NCBI GenBank assembly: GCA_965214775.1
Contig: OZ243974.1
Span: forward strand, 160,001 to 224,000
Direction of reading: 5' to 3'
Length of the DNA stretch: 64,000 nucleotides
Source of the DNA: Nitrosopumilus sp.
GTDB lineage: Archaea; Thermoproteota; Nitrososphaeria; Nitrososphaerales; Nitrosopumilaceae
The position numbers were made by a program, and so were the translations under genes. Each line of letters opens with the position of its first letter. Position 1 is the stretch's first letter. The notes under the pieces are model-generated. The model was not told the origin of the DNA. It saw only the letters and a program-made list of their open reading frames with translations, and searched no databases. Shown here piece by piece: positions 59,901 to 64,000 of the stretch.

Positions 59901-60410
59901 TTAGAAAAAATTTTTCATTACGTGGTTTAGGTTAATCTCATAATTTTCTTCCCGTCCAACATAGGTTACTTGTTTTGCTCTTTTTCTGATTTCTGTTTTT
60001 GTTATCTTGAACTTTTTGATACATGTTGCAATGTCTTCCTTGTCTCGCGCATTTAGTCTACCCACCTTTGTTACGATGATATCAAGAGGATCAAGCACTC
60101 TGAGTTTGATGTTTTTCATTTTTGTTCTTATGTGCTTGCTTTTCTCCAAATAGTCATCTGGCAAGTCTTGACTAAACACCATCCCATTGTTCCAAGTATC
60201 TACTTTGAACCCGTGAGGAACCAGGTTCAAAACCCTGTGAAACTCTGAGAAATCTTTTGCTGGAATGGTGAAATCAACATCAAGTGTGGAAGCCTTGGAG
60301 TTGTGAAGAGTCATGGCCGTACCACCTACTGCCACTACTGTCACCTCACCCTCCAGTTCCTTGTCAAGTTCTCCCAAAAAGTCCAACAACTGTTTCTTAT
60401 TCAATGGCAT
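59901..60410 (-). CDS. DUF6036/AbiEii-like nucleotidyltransferase (putative toxin)
   Basis: VGGTAM, STLDVDF, K..R...RDKEDI motifs. Confidence 0.8.
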   Translation of the reverse strand: MPLNKKQLLDFLGELDKELEGEVTVVAVGGTAMTLHNSKASTLDVDFTIPAKDFSEFHRVLNLVPHGFKVDTWNNGMVFSQDLPDDYLEKSKHIRTKMKNIKLRVLDPLDIIVTKVGRLNARDKEDIATCIKKFKITKTEIRKRAKQVTYVGREENYEINLNHVMKNFF

Positions 60411-61491
60411 CGTATAACCTCATCTTCTTTTCAATATCTTTTAGGCTCAGTTCTAATGCATGCTGATCTGCTTTTACTTTCTTCAACACAGTTTCATCAA
60501 CTTCCTTCATGACTTGTTTGACTTTTTCAGTTGGAGTTATCTCATCTAAGACTTTCAGGATATTGTATAACTGTCGTATCATCTTGAATTTTGTTACAAG
60601 AAAGACTAGAAGAGAATAATTGATTTTCTCTTTGTTTTTTGCAAGAATTATCGGTATTGCCTCCAGTCTGCGAATGTTGTCTTTTTTTATCAAAATTGAG
60701 GTCACAAGATATTCAATTCCCATGTGTCTTCCTTGCGTGATATCTGCACCTATTTCCTTGTATCCAAATCTTGCAAGATTAAAAACAATGTCTTGCTCTG
60801 AAGTCTTTGCAAGTGAAATTGGTTCTCTTTCGACTATAACACGTATTCCTCTGTCAAGTAGGTTTTTTATCGTGAACCAAAAAGTTTGGGGGCAAAATAT
60901 GGCAATCTTATCAGACATTATTTCTTTTATTGTATTGGCACCTTCGTGTCTCATCAAGCTCTCAAAGCTTGTCTCGTCTAGCATCAGATAATCAATTCGA
61001 ATATTGTGTACTCTTTGAAGTAATCGCATACTGCTGTGAATACCTTCTGATTCTTTTTTATCTTCATCTTTGCGCAACAAGATGAGCAATTCTATTCTGT
61101 TTAGTTTGGCATTTGTTTCGGGATTTATCATGATGATTGATTTTATTATGCCGAATTCTCTCAAATAACTATTAATCTGCAGCACTGGTATCTGCCAGTC
61201 ATTTCTTTCTTCTAAAAAGAGAATTTTGTTGACAAGCTCGACTTGTGCAAGATGATCCATCAGTAATGAATTATCAAAGTTTAGTGATGCAACAGATGAC
61301 TTTCCATATTTGTCAATGTGGACAAGTTTTTTCTGTTTCATTTGTTGCATTGTATTGTAAATCATTGGATAGTGGGCATGCCCGTAAACATCGTTGATTT
61401 TCTCTTTTATTTTGTGAATGGAAATTGGGTTGCCCATTTCGCGGGACAAAGTGTCTAGTATTTTGCATTCCATGTCTTTCATTGCTTTCAT
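60397..61491 (-). CDS. winged-HTH + NTase-like multidomain protein (putative cognate antitoxin)
   Basis: N-terminal wHTH (SIHKIK...YNTMQQM...KYGKS), central degenerate NTase-like region, RRLEAIPIIL C-terminal domain; overlaps the NTase gene. Confidence 0.65.
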   Translation of the reverse strand: MKAMKDMECKILDTLSREMGNPISIHKIKEKINDVYGHAHYPMIYNTMQQMKQKKLVHIDKYGKSSVASLNFDNSLLMDHLAQVELVNKILFLEERNDWQIPVLQINSYLREFGIIKSIIMINPETNAKLNRIELLILLRKDEDKKESEGIHSSMRLLQRVHNIRIDYLMLDETSFESLMRHEGANTIKEIMSDKIAIFCPQTFWFTIKNLLDRGIRVIVEREPISLAKTSEQDIVFNLARFGYKEIGADITQGRHMGIEYLVTSILIKKDNIRRLEAIPIILAKNKEKINYSLLVFLVTKFKMIRQLYNILKVLDEITPTEKVKQVMKEVDETVLKKVKADQHALELSLKDIEKKMRLYDAIE

Positions 61492-61546
61492 CTGTTTAGA
61501 TTTATTATATTATATAAGTATAATATTATATCTAATTAGTATACAT

Positions 61547-61619
61547 AGTAGTTGAAAATGTACACTTTGTATCCCACCTGTGTGATGGCGTCTCCATCCA
61601 TCCACGGCTCTGTACACAT
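61547..61619 (+). mobile_element. truncated MITE family G
   Basis: tagtagttgaaaatgtac...ccatccacggctctg homologous to 15163 copy. Confidence 0.7.
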
Positions 61620-61742
61620 CAGTACTTCCTAGGTGTGTTTTTGCAGACCCGGCACTGCATAGCCGCTAATTTCGTTTACGTATAAGGTCTTTTGCAAATT
61701 ACGTAATTGTCGTGCCTGTAAAAGTACACTTGGGAAGTACGG
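61620..61742 (+). mobile_element. MITE family C2
   Basis: Near-identical to 49028-49150; ACAT duplication. Confidence 0.9.
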
Positions 61743-61744
61743 AC

Positions 61745-61936
61745 ATGAAAAAGCCCAAAAAGATGTTCTCAAAGACCGTGACTGAGATCCCCAAGAGGCC
61801 CAAACCGGTCACGACACAGCACACCGCATACAAACGCGAATGCGCCGACTGCGGCCACGAGTGTAGAGGACTACAGGAACTGGAACGTGCCGGGTACCGC
61901 CACCATATCGGATCCTTTTTGCGTTCCGATGATTGA
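61745..61936 (+). pseudogene. IS66-like transposase Zn-finger remnant
   Basis: VTEIP...VTTQHTAYKRECADCGH. Confidence 0.5.
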
Positions 61937-62115
61937 ACCTAGCACGCCTGATTTAGGTATTGCGCGGCAATGCATGATAGGAGGTAAGAGCATACCACCT
62001 CCAGAAGATATCGCGCGGAAGGCATGGTAGCAAAAACGGGCAAATAGGTCACCTGTGTGGCATGCCGGCAATCATAAGTTCTTGAATGTCATCGTCCGTT
62101 TGCAGGGGCGTCTGA

Positions 62116-64000
62116 TCATGAAGTACTTTGAGAATCCTTAACGGCCGGTACGAACTCCTGTCGCAGGCCGGGCCCGCCGTGATCGGTCGAGCTGATGCCT
62201 ACGGAAAGCCTGCCTCCCTCATCCATAGACTGGCTGCCGATGGGTGACATCGAGGGTGCGGAGTTTGCGTCTATCACTCCCGTGATCTCGACGCGCGAAA
62301 TCTGTACGTCCTCGTTAGGTGCTGAGCTCAGGGCAGTGAACCGGATCTTGAACTCGTCGGATGCGTAGCGGCTTATGTCGTGGCCGGATACGCGCTCCCA
62401 CGTGTCGGTGTCCCCGCCGTTGTCGTGGTTCCAGTAGAACAGCTCCTCCCACGTGCTGCCTCCGTCATCTGAGGCCTCCACCTTTAGGCCCTCCATGTCA
62501 TCCGCATGATCGTCTACAAAATAGTAGAAGCCGAGTCTCACGTCCCCATAGTCCTCCAGATCGAGCGGATCGGCAAGCTCCAGTATGCACTCGTCGTCGC
62601 AGTCATCTGCCTTTGTCACGTTGTACGTTTGGGCGCTAGTGAACGGGGGAGTCGATCTGCGGTTCTCGTATATCTGCCAGTCGCCGTCGCCCGTGTTGCT
62701 CCATCTTGCAAGGTCGCCGTCGAGCTCGTCGGCAAATAGCGTGTTAGGATGCAGTATCCGGTCCGTATACGTGTTCAGAAACAGGACGCGGTTGATGTTG
62801 TGCTGTGGAAAATCTTGTCTCCACTGATCCACGAATTCGTCAAAGTTTTCATGCGGCGCGGTGCCCCTTGACGCAGGAGGGCTGTCAAATACGTCCCAGA
62901 TGATGTGTTCCATGCCTGACACGTCGTCCTGGTTGGTGCCGTTTCCTGGCTCTCCCGTGCCGTCGGTCAGATCCCACAGGGCGGCCGCAACGTTTCCCTC
63001 CACAAACGGGCCGTCCTCAAACGGCACTGCGGGATTCCCATACGTCCTGTCTTCAAAATCAAATACGACACCATGGGTTAGCGACGGGCTGTTCCTTACA
63101 AGTAGCGCAAGGTAGCTGGCCCATCCCTCAAACCATACTAGGCCCTTGCTTTCGTGCGCGGATTGTATGAAATGACTGTAGCTGCCAACAACCCGTGGCC
63201 AGCCTCCGCCGTTTTGATCAACGTATATTGAATTCATCACATGGTGGCCGTATTCGTGTAATACTGTAAGATCCCTGTTGTGGGCATCGTCATTTAGGCT
63301 GATCGTGCTTGCGGCATCATGATAATGGTTTCCATGATTTCGTATGCCATCCATATACTCTACCGCAACCTGCGTGATGTTGGCGCCAAAGTCGCCGCTA
63401 AGCTTCGTATGGGCGTCGTTGATCTTGCCCATGATCGACTGAGCGGCATCTACCGTACTGTTCGATCCAAGGGTTACGTCAACGCGGACTATTCTGTTCT
63501 CCGTGTTTGGGATGCTGGTGGGAGGGCCGTTCTGGTACACCTCGATGACGTCTCCATCGCCGGGAGAGTCAGGAGCTGTAAACTTCACCATTTTTACCAT
63601 GTCGTTTTCCATCCTCAAACCTACGATTAGTTCTACCCCTGTGTCGTCGTCGGGGTCGTCGTTTATCGCACGAACCGAATAATACCCCGAATTATGATTC
63701 ACCATATTGCATGCGTCCATGCTGTCTCTTCAGAACATCGTGTGAACCTGTATTATCCCAGTCAAACAAACACACCTTCATGCCGACAGGTGACACAAGC
63801 CTTCCCCCTGCATCAGTAATCCTGAAATTTCCATATACAAACAAATCATGATCATCTCCATGTGTGGCATGGGCCTCTGGTAAAAAATAGGAGGGGAGTA
63901 CAAACAACCCCGCCAATTCCGGGTACTTTTCAAAGAACTCCTCCAGGACATCCGGTGGAACGTCCAGAGTTCCCACCAGGTACTCCCTGATGTTCTCTGT
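62116..64000 (-). pseudogene. large secreted zinc metallopeptidase-like protein, frameshifted (~63710) and 3'-truncated; 5' end off window
   Basis: HEYGH + WFEGWA zincin motifs, carbohydrate-binding/MAM-like domain, start of a cadherin-like repeat cut off; upstream frame 63692-64000 is open to the window edge. Confidence 0.72.

Noticed and set aside
61940-62190. Possible IS200-like remnant truncating the peptidase gene
   Set aside because: Only faint motif resemblance; cannot be supported by eye.

Overview
This is an archaeal chromosome segment of a Nitrosopumilaceae-like ammonia oxidiser (Thaumarchaeota/Nitrososphaerota). The assignment rests on archaeal Rpo7/Spt4, eL15/eL31/eL39, NurA-HerA-Mre11-Rad50, divergent FtsZ, blue-copper proteins and CFI-box and 'IPxWxK..GWW' secreted proteins. 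The density of mobile DNA and pseudogenes suggests a host-associated (e.g. sponge-symbiont) lineage; that is inference. The housekeeping backbone (ctaB, hppA, nadACX, serA, fumC, mtaB, ftsZ) is punctuated by: (i) a DUF499-ATPase/SNF2-helicase/DUF1156-methylase defence locus with an in-frame G12 tract; (ii) two IS630 copies at GGAACTAG sites; (iii) a ~9.3-kb GC-rich integrase element carrying a type III R-M system; (iv) at least 8 MITE families, often nested or flanking small toxin-antitoxin/HTH cargo. The most striking signal is a 478-bp non-autonomous IS110/IS1111-derived element inserted right after the putative TATA box of an IS630 transposase. It keeps a folded non-coding region whose two internal loops match its own target and donor junction, i.e. 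a candidate archaeal bridge/seek RNA. Other oddities are isolated repeat-spacer-repeat scars (one spacer derived from a MITE), a MITE-bounded composite transposon, and eL31 with 15 near-identical 13-aa repeats. I saw no tRNA, rRNA or bona fide CRISPR array.
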